Assembly: GCA_003354005.1 (NCBI GenBank)
Contig: PIWD01000002.1
Location: forward strand, 594 to 64,593
Reading direction: 5' to 3'
Source of the DNA: Gammaproteobacteria bacterium
GTDB lineage: Bacteria; Pseudomonadota; Gammaproteobacteria; PIWD01
Length of the DNA: 64,000 bases
Part shown: piece after piece, positions 1 to 8,473 of the stretch
How the letters are laid out: every line of letters begins with the position of its first letter
Numbering within the stretch: the first letter of the stretch is position 1
The notes under the pieces: generated by a model
What the model was told of the DNA's origin: nothing
The model's input: only the letters and a program-made list of their open reading frames with translations
Database searches by the model: none
Made by a program: the position numbers and the translations under genes

Positions 1-433
1 TGCCTATGATCCTGTTGAGTAAAGCAGTGGCAACATTATCACAAAATGTTTTGTCAGGGAGACACTTAAATTCGAGAGTTGAAAGATCCAGCTTAAAAAG
101 ATTAATCTTAAATTTATCAACGAGCTGATTGCTCTCTTCAGTATTATTCATTGTATACCAATTGTTATCTAACTCACTGTGATAATAGCCTTCTTGACTG
201 AGTAGCTCTAAAAGTTTTATGTTGTTAGTGAGATCCTCAAATCCTTCCTTATGCGTTAATTTAGATGCAATAGAGCACAGCCTTTGACTTGTACCTGAAA
301 TTCCTTCGTTTACTAGAGCTTCTCGGACATCCTTACACTTATTGGCGAGAAGGAAAAGTGGACTAGATTTTCCATATTTTATAAGCCCATAAATAAAAGC
401 CTTTCTTTCTTTAACATTATTATCAGTAAACAT
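1..433 (-). CDS. Hypothetical protein, N-terminal 144 codons only (the gene continues beyond the window's left edge). Start codon is ATG at 431-433 on the complementary strand, preceded by an AGAGGA Shine-Dalgarno.
   Basis: I translated the reverse complement by hand. The frame is open from 433 down to position 1 with no stop (MFTDNNVKERKAFIYGLIKYGKSS...). An RBS, AGAGGAttaattATG, precedes it. I recognised no domain. Confidence 0.35.
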   Translation of the reverse strand, partial: MFTDNNVKERKAFIYGLIKYGKSSPLFLLANKCKDVREALVNEGISGTSQRLCSIASKLTHKEGFEDLTNNIKLLELLSQEGYYHSELDNNWYTMNNTEESNQLVDKFKINLFKLDLSTLEFKCLPDKTFCDNVATALLNRIIG

Positions 434-559
434 AATTAATCCTCTATTTTATTTTTTCTATAATTTCCTGTTGACAGCCACGTCTATCCTGTATACTACG
501 TCCATGTACACGAATCCACCTACGAGCCAAGGGTGTCATTATGATACATTGCAAGAATA

Positions 560-1798
560 ATGTCTAGAAAAAAACCCTACCCTATTCCCCTATTTGATAC
601 GGCTGATAACTTAGTGCGGCTCAATGATCAAATTCATTTTTGTGCAAATAATTTTAATGTTGAAGACTTTCAACATGCACGCCGTTTCTTACTGTGTTAT
701 AGGGCGAGGTTAGGCACGTTTAATAGCTATCGCAGGGAGATTGAGAAGTTACTCCAATGGTGTTTTCTTATTTCCAAAAAATCATTGCCAGAGCTAACGC
801 ATGAGGACATAATTCGGTGGGTAAAGTTTTCTCAAAAGCCACCTACGTATTGGATTGGCACTAGAAAAGTACCACGTTTTGTCGAAACAAGCGATAAAGG
901 GAGGATACCTAATCCTAATTGGCGACCATTTGTAGCTACGGTATCAAAATTGGCGTATAGCAGAGGAAAGCGTGCTGATGTAAAAAATTTTACACTCTCA
1001 CCAGCGAGCCTTAAAGAATCTCTGAGTATTTTAAGTACCTTCTTTCACTATCTCTTGCAAGAGGGTTATGTCACTAGGAATCCTGTATTACAAATTCGAC
1101 AGAAAAGTCAATTTATCCGTAAGCAACAGACAAAACAGCGAATTAGACGCTTAACACCTCTGCAGTGGCGTTATGTAATCGAGAGTGCAGAACAAGCCAC
1201 ACTGGCCGACCCAAAGCAGCACGCACGTGGTTTATTTATCATTTCAGCACTTTATGCCATGTATTTACGTATCTCTGAGTTAGTGGCAAGTGAACGCTGG
1301 GTGCCAACAATGAATGATTTTTACTGCGATGACGATAATCAATGGTGGTTTATAACTGTGGGTAAAGGCAATAAACAACGTCAAATTGCTGTTAGTAATG
1401 CCATGCTACTTGCTCTACGGCGTTGGCGATTACATTTAAATTTATCCCCCCTTCCCTCTCCAGCTGATCAGTCTTTTTTATTACCCAAACTTAAGGGGTA
1501 TGGGCCGATTACTAGCACAACGTATGTGCGTGAGATTGTACAAAGCTATTTTGATCATGCTGTACGACGGTTGCAGGTCGATGGTTTAATTGATGCAGCC
1601 GAAAATTTACGGGAGGCAACGGTACACTGGTTGCGTCACACGGGCATTTCTGATGACATTCAACATCGTCCGCGTGAGCATGTACGTGATGATGCTGGCC
1701 ACACTTCTAGTGTGACAACGGATCAATATATCGACGTAATGCATAAAGAACGCCATCATTCAGCACGGGATAAGCCTATGTTTGACTCAGAGTCTTGA
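560..1798 (+). CDS. int: Tyrosine site-specific recombinase / phage-type integrase
   Basis: A 412 aa ORF. The C-terminal catalytic region carries HWLRHTGIS (the HxxR motif) and a later Tyr in ...TSSVTTDQYIDV. Upstream there is an Arg within ...LYAMYLRISEL, which fits the R...HxxR...Y tyrosine recombinase signature. The stop codon lies 0-2 nt from the start of the 260-nt repeat element. Confidence 0.7.
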   Translation: MSRKKPYPIPLFDTADNLVRLNDQIHFCANNFNVEDFQHARRFLLCYRARLGTFNSYRREIEKLLQWCFLISKKSLPELTHEDIIRWVKFSQKPPTYWIGTRKVPRFVETSDKGRIPNPNWRPFVATVSKLAYSRGKRADVKNFTLSPASLKESLSILSTFFHYLLQEGYVTRNPVLQIRQKSQFIRKQQTKQRIRRLTPLQWRYVIESAEQATLADPKQHARGLFIISALYAMYLRISELVASERWVPTMNDFYCDDDNQWWFITVGKGNKQRQIAVSNAMLLALRRWRLHLNLSPLPSPADQSFLLPKLKGYGPITSTTYVREIVQSYFDHAVRRLQVDGLIDAAENLREATVHWLRHTGISDDIQHRPREHVRDDAGHTSSVTTDQYIDVMHKERHHSARDKPMFDSES

Positions 1799-2062
1799 TT
1801 TATCAAGCTCGCCATAAGACCTCCTAGTTCAGGTGGAGGATGTAAGGCTCTCTGCTAGTCGAGCGTCTCTTGTGATCTTTGGTATTTTGTTGACTATTCC
1901 ACACTAAGCTGTTACAGTCTGTTCCAGCGACAGGGCATGTCGTGTTAGCCTGTGGAGAGATGGCATTAGCTGATTCGATGAAGCAGGAATCTCTGGTGAT
2001 GGGCGACCAACAACCAGCTTAGTGATAGGAAGACCCTTTCTTTAGGGTGGGTGGGATGTCAA
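1799..2062. repeat. Copy 1 of a ~260-nt conserved non-coding element (about 93-95% identical to 58914-59171). It contains a conserved 20-codon mini-ORF, MALADSMKQESLVMGDQQPA.
   Basis: I aligned the two copies by eye across their full length (from TTTATCAAGCTCGCC to GGGATGTCAA). Internal short stems are present: GATTC...GAATC, CGACA...TGTCG, and CACTAAGCTG...CAGCTTAGTG. Confidence 0.8.
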
Positions 2063-2290
2063 TTTCTATACTATATTTTTTAGAGAATTATGCTCTAAAT
2101 GATCTCAAAACTTTACTGCAAATTGTTTGGGCTAATACAAGTGTAGTTGCGATTGTTGTCATTTGTGTAAATAGTGATATAGTGCGTATGTTAGATAACA
2201 TGGGTTCGGGCATCAACCCTGTATGATAATACAGTCAACGCTATAAACCAACATGTTGCATGGATCGCATCAACACAGAATTGCCCAAAT

Positions 2291-3268
2291 ATGAAAGAAA
2301 TTAACATCAAAGTTCACATAGAAAGTGGTGCAAAATATACAACCAAATGTGGCATCAAGGCGATTAAAGATGGGATTAAGTCATCAAAACATCCCCTTGA
2401 GCATTCGAGTGCCCCACTGCCAAAACCAAAATGGCTAAAAATAACTGCAACAACCAGCGAAAACTATCAAAAAGTCAAACAAGTAGTAGCTAATCATCAA
2501 CTCAGTACTGTCTGTAGCGAGGCTAAATGCCCTAATATCAATGAATGCTGGTCACATGGCACGGCAACTTTTATGCTCATGGGTACTGTCTGTACACGCG
2601 CATGTCGCTTTTGTGCCATAGACACTGGTAACCCTCATGGTTGGTTAGACCCATTAGAACCCGAGAAAGTTGCCCGTTCCGTCAAATTGATGCAATTAGA
2701 GTATGTGGTACTGACTTCTGTTAATCGAGACGACCTGCCTGACGGTGGGGCATCCCATTATGCAGAAACAGTGCGTGCTATTAAAACACTGCAACCTAAG
2801 GTTAAAGTTGAGGCATTAGTCCCTGACTTTCAAGGTAATCTAAAAGCTGTTGATACCATACTAGAAAGTGGTATAGATGTATTCGCACAAAACCTTGAAA
2901 CTGTAGAAAGACTCACTAATCTCGTACGTGACCCACGCGCTAGCTATTGGCAAACTATGGAAGTTTTGTTACATGCAAAAAAAAGCCATCCCACTACTAT
3001 AACGAAAACCAGTTTGATGTTAGGGCTAGGTGAAAGCGAACCCGAACTATCCCGCACCATGGATGATCTACGTACTATCGACGTTGATATCTTGACGTTA
3101 GGACAATACCTGCAACCAACACCCAACCATTTACCAATCATTGACTACATTAGCCCTGAGGATTTTAAGAAATATCGAGACTGGGGACTAAAACGGGGCT
3201 TTTTGGAAGTTGTATCTGGGCCACTTGTACGTTCCAGCTATCGTGCTGCTGATACTGCCAATGTCTAA
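2291..3268 (+). CDS. lipA: Lipoyl synthase
   Basis: Radical-SAM CxxxCxxC motif ([10 protein letters not shown]) and the N-terminal LipA cysteine cluster ([13 protein letters not shown]). Length is 325 aa. Confidence 0.9.
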   Translation: MKEINIKVHIESGAKYTTKCGIKAIKDGIKSSKHPLEHSSAPLPKPKWLKITATTSENYQKVKQVVANHQLSTVCSEAKCPNINECWSHGTATFMLMGTVCTRACRFCAIDTGNPHGWLDPLEPEKVARSVKLMQLEYVVLTSVNRDDLPDGGASHYAETVRAIKTLQPKVKVEALVPDFQGNLKAVDTILESGIDVFAQNLETVERLTNLVRDPRASYWQTMEVLLHAKKSHPTTITKTSLMLGLGESEPELSRTMDDLRTIDVDILTLGQYLQPTPNHLPIIDYISPEDFKKYRDWGLKRGFLEVVSGPLVRSSYRAADTANV

Positions 3269-3272
3269 AGAC

Positions 3273-3299
3273 AGGGGCTTTACGCTCATTTTTGGTAAA
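3273..3299. repeat. 27-nt motif AGGGGCTTTACGCTCATTTTTGGTAAA lying directly 3' of lipA. A second copy with one mismatch lies at 53526-53552.
   Basis: Near-identical 27-mer found by eye. Both copies sit just after a stop codon. Confidence 0.6.
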
Positions 3300-3391
3300 C
3301 TACTTCGCCATAAAATCGATACATAAGTTCCATCATCTTCCAAATTGCATTATAATGCCGTGTTTAGAGACTGAATAGTCCCTATAGACCA

Positions 3392-4696
3392 ATGCGGAAT
3401 CAGTATATGCACCAAAAGAGATTAAAAAAAAACTATAGTAGCAAACTATTATGGCTGATGTGGATCAGCGCGGCACTATTTTTTTACTATGAAAATGTTA
3501 TTGCGGTCTCTCCTGGTGTTATGTTCAGTGATTGGATGCGTGATTTTTATTTAACAGCTAGCACCATGGGTGGATTGGCTGCTTATTCTCTGTATGCTTA
3601 TTCTAGTGTTCAAATTCCGGCTGGCATTATGTTTGATTACTTTGGCCCACGTAGATTATTGGCCTTAGCAGCAGTATTTTGTGCGGTAGGCAGTTTAATA
3701 ATGAGTTACGCACATGGTTTTTATATCGCTGCATCTGGTCGTGCTATGATTGGTTTGGGTTCAGGCTTTGCAGCACTCGGTTGTTTGCATATTGCTTCAA
3801 GTTGTCTACCACTTCGACACTTTACAACGATTACTGGATTAACCCTCACAATGGGCATGACTGGCTCAATGATGGGTGAAGGACCTTTGGCCTTCTTCGT
3901 TGAACAATTCGGTTGGCGACATGTGATGTGGGTACTTGCCTTAATCGGTTTTGCTATTGCGCTATTGATTTACATCGTTGTCCGTGATTTTGCTGTTCCT
4001 TCCCAAGGTACAGTGCTAACACATGAAACAAAGCAGCATTTTTTATCTGGCATCGTACGAGTGATGCGACATCCTCAGAGTTGGATAATTGCGCTTTACG
4101 GAGGGCTGATGTTTACACCCTTCACAACATTTGGACCAGTATGGGGGGTGCCCTTCCTGGTCAAATCCTTCCATCTTACACGTACAGGTGCTGCCTCAAT
4201 GCTTTCGCTTATTTTCTTAGGATTTGCAATCGGTGCACCCCTATTAGGCGCATTTTCTGACAGGCTTAAACGACGACGTCTACCCCTGTATCTTGCAAGT
4301 TTTGGTGCGCTTATTTGTTTAACAGCAGTTATTTGTTTCCCCAAATATTTATCTATATGGGCTGTAAATATCCTCCTGTTTAGTTTTGGATTTTTCACAA
4401 GTGGTTTTCTATCTGCTTTCTCCATGATGCGTGAAAATCATCTGCCTGAGCACAATACAACCAGTCTAGGTTTTATGAATATGATTAATATGATCGGTGG
4501 TGCATTAATCATGCCATTAATTGGTTGGGCAATTGATCACTTATGGGATGGCACAATGCAAAACGGTATACGTACCTACCACCTGCTCGATTACCAAACG
4601 GCTCTCTTCATTCTACCTCTTGGAATTGCCCTTTCTTTATGTATTTTGCCCTTTTTGAAAGAAACCCACGCCAAAAACATTGCAGTTAACTCATAA
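3392..4696 (+). CDS. MFS-family transporter (about 12 TM helices)
   Basis: 434 aa, with hydrophobic segments throughout and an MFS-like GxxxDRxGRR-type loop (FSDRLKRRR). Start could instead be 3407. The stop overlaps the miaB start (TAATG). Confidence 0.65.
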   Translation: MRNQYMHQKRLKKNYSSKLLWLMWISAALFFYYENVIAVSPGVMFSDWMRDFYLTASTMGGLAAYSLYAYSSVQIPAGIMFDYFGPRRLLALAAVFCAVGSLIMSYAHGFYIAASGRAMIGLGSGFAALGCLHIASSCLPLRHFTTITGLTLTMGMTGSMMGEGPLAFFVEQFGWRHVMWVLALIGFAIALLIYIVVRDFAVPSQGTVLTHETKQHFLSGIVRVMRHPQSWIIALYGGLMFTPFTTFGPVWGVPFLVKSFHLTRTGAASMLSLIFLGFAIGAPLLGAFSDRLKRRRLPLYLASFGALICLTAVICFPKYLSIWAVNILLFSFGFFTSGFLSAFSMMRENHLPEHNTTSLGFMNMINMIGGALIMPLIGWAIDHLWDGTMQNGIRTYHLLDYQTALFILPLGIALSLCILPFLKETHAKNIAVNS

Positions 4697-6039
4697 TGGA
4701 AGAAATACCTAAAAAAGTTTATATCCGAACCTACGGTTGTCAGATGAATGTATACGACTCTGATAAGATGGCAGATGTCATGGCTCATTCCCATGCTATG
4801 CAGCGTACCTACAACATCAAAGAAGCAGATTTACTGCTACTCAACACTTGCTCTGTACGAGAAAAAGCGCAGGAGAAAGTATTTTCCGAATTAGGGCAGT
4901 GGCGCAAACTGAAAAAGAAACCGATTATTGGTGTTGGTGGCTGTGTTGCCAGCCAAGAAGGTGAGGCGATTAAAGCACGTGCGCCCTTTGTAAATATCAT
5001 CTTTGGTCCGCAGACACTACATCGCCTCCCAGCCCTATACAATCAGGCTCTTCAGCAACAAAAGACTGTGATTGACATCAGTTTCCCTGAAATCGAAAAA
5101 TTCGATTACCTCCCAGAACCCAAAGCTGAAAGTGTTACGGCCTTCGTCTCGATTATGGAAGGCTGTAGTAAATTCTGTAGCTTCTGTATCGTACCCTACA
5201 CACGTGGTGAAGAAATAAGCCGTCCCTTCGATGACGTTATCACCGAAGTTGTAACCTTGAGTGAACAAGGTGTACGTGAAGTCAATTTGCTTGGCCAGAA
5301 CGTAAACGACTACCGAGGAGTCATGAATAACGGGAAATACGCCGATCTTGCCCTACTTATCCATTATATTGCAGCAATTGACGCAATAAAACGTATCCGA
5401 TTTACTACATCTCATCCGTTAGCATTTAGTGAATCACTAATTCAAGCCTACGCTGAAGAACCAAAACTAGCTAACCATCTACACTTGCCAATACAAAGTG
5501 GTTCTGACCACATCCTAGCAGCGATGAAACGTGGCTATACCGCAATGGAATATAAATCCAAAATACGACAGCTACGTGCAGTACGGCCAGATATCAGTCT
5601 GAGCAGTGACTTTATTATTGGCTTTCCAAATGAAAGTCAAGCAGACTTTCAAGCAACCATGGATATTATTAAATCCTTAAACTTTGACCACTCCTTTAGT
5701 TTTATTTACAGCAAACGTCCTGGCACACCTGCTGCCTCATTACTGGATTCCGTCACAGAAACCGAGAAAAAACAGCGTCTTGCCAAACTTCAAAAACTAA
5801 TCAACCTACAAGCCCAGGCAATCAGTCAAAACATGATCCATACCAAGCAAAATGTCTTAATTACGGGGAACGCTAAAAAACAAGCCAACTGGCTCTGTGG
5901 ACGTACAGAAAATAACCGTGTAATCAACTTTGAAGGGAGTGCAGACCTAATCGGACAAATGGTAAGCGTGCACGTAACCGAAGCACTACCAAACTCCCTG
6001 CGTGGCCATTTGCTCGAAGAAGCTGCCCCGACAGAATGA
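4696..6039 (+). CDS. miaB: tRNA-2-methylthio-N6-dimethylallyladenosine synthase
   Basis: The N-terminal MTTase domain ([16 protein letters not shown]), the radical SAM CxxxCxxC motif ([12 protein letters not shown]) and a C-terminal TRAM domain. Length is 447 aa. Confidence 0.9.
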   Translation: MEEIPKKVYIRTYGCQMNVYDSDKMADVMAHSHAMQRTYNIKEADLLLLNTCSVREKAQEKVFSELGQWRKLKKKPIIGVGGCVASQEGEAIKARAPFVNIIFGPQTLHRLPALYNQALQQQKTVIDISFPEIEKFDYLPEPKAESVTAFVSIMEGCSKFCSFCIVPYTRGEEISRPFDDVITEVVTLSEQGVREVNLLGQNVNDYRGVMNNGKYADLALLIHYIAAIDAIKRIRFTTSHPLAFSESLIQAYAEEPKLANHLHLPIQSGSDHILAAMKRGYTAMEYKSKIRQLRAVRPDISLSSDFIIGFPNESQADFQATMDIIKSLNFDHSFSFIYSKRPGTPAASLLDSVTETEKKQRLAKLQKLINLQAQAISQNMIHTKQNVLITGNAKKQANWLCGRTENNRVINFEGSADLIGQMVSVHVTEALPNSLRGHLLEEAAPTE

Positions 6040-6554
6040 GCACTTACAAGAGAGAACCATACGTTGAAATAACACTTTCAACCTCCCTTAAACTGGAAAA
6101 CCTGACTTGGCATCGAAAAATAGAGCAATGGGGCAAGCACCTGCGCCATTCACCACATATTACCTGCCTACCCCCACAAAAACACCCCATTATCAGCCTA
6201 AAAATCATAGACACACCAGAAGCTATCACTCTGAATCAACAATACCGCAACAAAGACTACGCCAGCAATGTCCTAGCCTTTCCTATGTATCCTAGTCTAA
6301 GAATTCATCCACTGTTTTGTGGAATAGAACCACATTTATTCATACTCGGGGACATTGCCATCTGCTGGCCTAAAGTACAACAAGAAGCCAAAACAATGGG
6401 CATTAGTGAAGAAGCCCACTTTGCGCATTTATTCATACACGCTATCCTGCATTTACTAGGTTATGACCATAAAACAAAAGAAAACGCTGATGAAATGGAA
6501 TCGATTGAAACAAAACTACTAGTGGAGCTGGGCTACATTGACCCCTACAGCTAA
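6036..6554 (+). CDS. ybeY: Endoribonuclease YbeY (rRNA maturation factor)
   Basis: Zinc-binding HxxxHxxGYxH motif ([11 protein letters not shown]) and the conserved NVLAFP segment. Overlaps the miaB stop by 4 nt (ATGA). Confidence 0.85.
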   Translation: MSTYKREPYVEITLSTSLKLENLTWHRKIEQWGKHLRHSPHITCLPPQKHPIISLKIIDTPEAITLNQQYRNKDYASNVLAFPMYPSLRIHPLFCGIEPHLFILGDIAICWPKVQQEAKTMGISEEAHFAHLFIHAILHLLGYDHKTKENADEMESIETKLLVELGYIDPYS

Positions 6555-6652
6555 CTATATCAATACAGAAATCCCCCACATTTCACAATTTATGCTATAC
6601 TATATACCATACATTGGCGTTGGTCGATTGTTTTATTAGTTGAGGAGTTGAA

Positions 6653-7261
6653 ATGCCAGTAGTTACGATAATAACTTTAAAAGGGGAGGCTTTTTATATA
6701 GATAATCCCATAGATACATATGACTCGCTTCTTAATACACATCCGTTTTCTAATTTTCCAGATTATCACCTTATCTCACATAATGAAACTAATTCTAGCT
6801 TAACAATTATTAATGACAAAAATCATAAGATTGATGCTAGTGATAATATCAAATACTACTTTGCACATGGGATAGATAAGGTACGTACGTACTTAAAATC
6901 TCAAGTATATAAAAAAAAGACAGCACATGAAGATGAGTATCATTTCAGTAGTTTCAATACTGACAGTTCAATTAGTGATATTAGTACTGAACCAGGTAAT
7001 CAGCAGCCGAGCTACAAAATAATACTTGCAAGAATATCTGCTGCAGGTGCAAGAATAAAATCTTACCTATCTAGTCTCTGGTCTTGGATCAGAGGAAAAG
7101 TCGGCAATCTTGGTATAGGTAGTAGTGTGATGCAGCCTGATCCTGCTAATTTTAATGAATCTAGCAAGTTGCTAAAAGTATCTAGTACTGAATCCAGTAA
7201 TAAAAACAAGGAAAGTACAAAGAACATTGATGGTAATAATCCTAAGATGCCAATATACTGA
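6653..7261 (+). CDS. Hypothetical Ser/Asn-rich protein, paralog A1 of 7727-8368
   Basis: 202 aa. It shares about 30% identity in blocks with the 7727 ORF (YYFAHGID..YLKSQ / ILARISAAGARI). It is flanked by leader and trailer sequence that is near-identical to the flanks of its paralog. Confidence 0.55.
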   Translation: MPVVTIITLKGEAFYIDNPIDTYDSLLNTHPFSNFPDYHLISHNETNSSLTIINDKNHKIDASDNIKYYFAHGIDKVRTYLKSQVYKKKTAHEDEYHFSSFNTDSSISDISTEPGNQQPSYKIILARISAAGARIKSYLSSLWSWIRGKVGNLGIGSSVMQPDPANFNESSKLLKVSSTESSNKNKESTKNIDGNNPKMPIY

Positions 7262-7329
7262 AGATAAAGCCAAAAATATGCTACTTTCAAGTGGTGTAAT
7301 ACTCTTCTCTAACTAATCACACCTCAGCT

Positions 7330-7560
7330 TTACAGAAAAACGCGACAATCTACAATAATCTTGCTAAAAGTTACCATGCCTTGGGTCAGTCTGAACAAGC
7401 AATCCGCATGTATAAAAAAGCACTGTGTCAAAAGGCCGATTATGCTGTAGCACATTTTACTTAGACGTGGGACAGTATCAATTTTCCCTGAAATATACGC
7501 TGTTGATTTATCAAAAGCAGCCAACTGTTGAAAATCATTTTCAGTTGGGCTTAGTGTATA
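7330..7560 (+). pseudogene. Degraded remnants of a second copy of the TPR-methyltransferase gene. Two fragments are retained: 7330-7458 matches 8702-8830, and 7459-7552 matches 9252-9362.
   Basis: Direct nucleotide matches to internal segments of the intact gene at 8474-10207. The reading frame is broken by two deletions (about 265 bp and about 430 bp) and an in-frame stop. Confidence 0.75.
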
Positions 7561-7574
7561 TGACGATGAAATGT

Positions 7575-7630
7575 AACCGCTTGAAACAAAGCTACTAATG
7601 GAACTGGGCTACATTGACCCCTACAGCTAA
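7575..7630 (+). repeat. Duplicated copy of the 3' end of ybeY (matches 6486-6554, including the ...ELGYIDPYS* codons). It marks the tandem-duplication junction.
   Basis: CTACTAATGGAACTGGGCTACATTGACCCCTACAGCTAACTATATCAATACAG is near-identical to 6509-6570. Confidence 0.8.
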
Positions 7631-7726
7631 CTATATCAATACAGAAATGCCCACATTTCACAATTTGTACTATAATATATACCATAATTGACGTTGGTCG
7701 ATTATTTTATTAGTTGGGAGTCTGAA

Positions 7727-8368
7727 ATGGAGCCAGTTAGAGTTACGGTAATAGGTTCTTCTGGGATAGCTTATTCTAAAAAAACAAATGCAGAGACATA
7801 TGGGGACTTTATTACTACTTCTCCGTTTAATAGGTTGCCATATTCACTTATCTTACTTCCTGCTAAAGATCCTAATAAGACAATAATTATTATGAACCCA
7901 ATTAGTAAGATTAATAATACTAGTGGTACGTACTACTTTGCATCTAATGAAGATGCTGTACTGAATTACTTAAGATCTCAAAAAAGATCTAAGGCAGATT
8001 TCAACAATACTACTGGTGATGAGAGCGAATTAAGTAATCAGCATCCGACCCACGGAATGTTGGCAAGAATATTTGCAGGTGCAAGAATATTTACAGGTGT
8101 ACTAACAGCTTTACGTGCAAGAATAGCAGGTATTATCCCATCTAGTTTTCGGTCTTTGATCACAGGCAAAGGCAAGGGCAGCACTGGCGCAGATAGTGGT
8201 GTAGAACTGACTAGGGTTAGTAACCCTACTGATAAATCCAATAAATTTATTGGAAATGGATACAACAACCTTACAACAAAAATACCTTATAGTCCTAAAC
8301 CCAATAGTGACCTCGATAAAAATACGGATGTCTATCATCATGATTCCCAGAATACCCCTAAACCCTAA
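7727..8368 (+). CDS. Hypothetical Ser/Asn-rich protein, paralog A2
   Basis: An ATG at 7727 corresponds positionally to the ATG of paralog A1 (both follow TTAGTTGrGAGt..GAAATG). The listed ORF start at 7688 is a TTG with no equivalent in copy 1. Confidence 0.55.
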   Translation: MEPVRVTVIGSSGIAYSKKTNAETYGDFITTSPFNRLPYSLILLPAKDPNKTIIIMNPISKINNTSGTYYFASNEDAVLNYLRSQKRSKADFNNTTGDESELSNQHPTHGMLARIFAGARIFTGVLTALRARIAGIIPSSFRSLITGKGKGSTGADSGVELTRVSNPTDKSNKFIGNGYNNLTTKIPYSPKPNSDLDKNTDVYHHDSQNTPKP

Positions 8369-8473
8369 CATACCGAAGATACAGCCAAAAATATGCTACT
8401 TTCAAGTGGTGTAATACTCTTCTCTAACTAATCGCCCCTCTGTCAATTGAATTGTTTGTAGCTCAGCTGTACA

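Noticed and set aside
1799-2062. The 260-nt element as a CsrA-titrating sRNA (RsmY/Z-like), because of its GGA motifs.
   Set aside because: About six GGA triplets in 260 nt is close to chance expectation for this base composition, and they are not consistently placed in hairpin loops.
2944-3141. Antisense and embedded small ORFs listed in the six-frame track (for example 2944-3141, 3679-3879, 4096-4425, 6044-6229, 8038-8371, 25217-26128, 29086-29430, 39231-39624, 53620-54147).
   Set aside because: They lie entirely within, and antisense or out-of-frame to, well-supported conserved genes, and they show no independent coding signal.
7688-7726. Longer N-terminal extension of paralog A2 starting at TTG 7688.
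   Set aside because: The corresponding position in copy 1 is not a start codon, and the conserved RBS/ATG geometry points to 7727.
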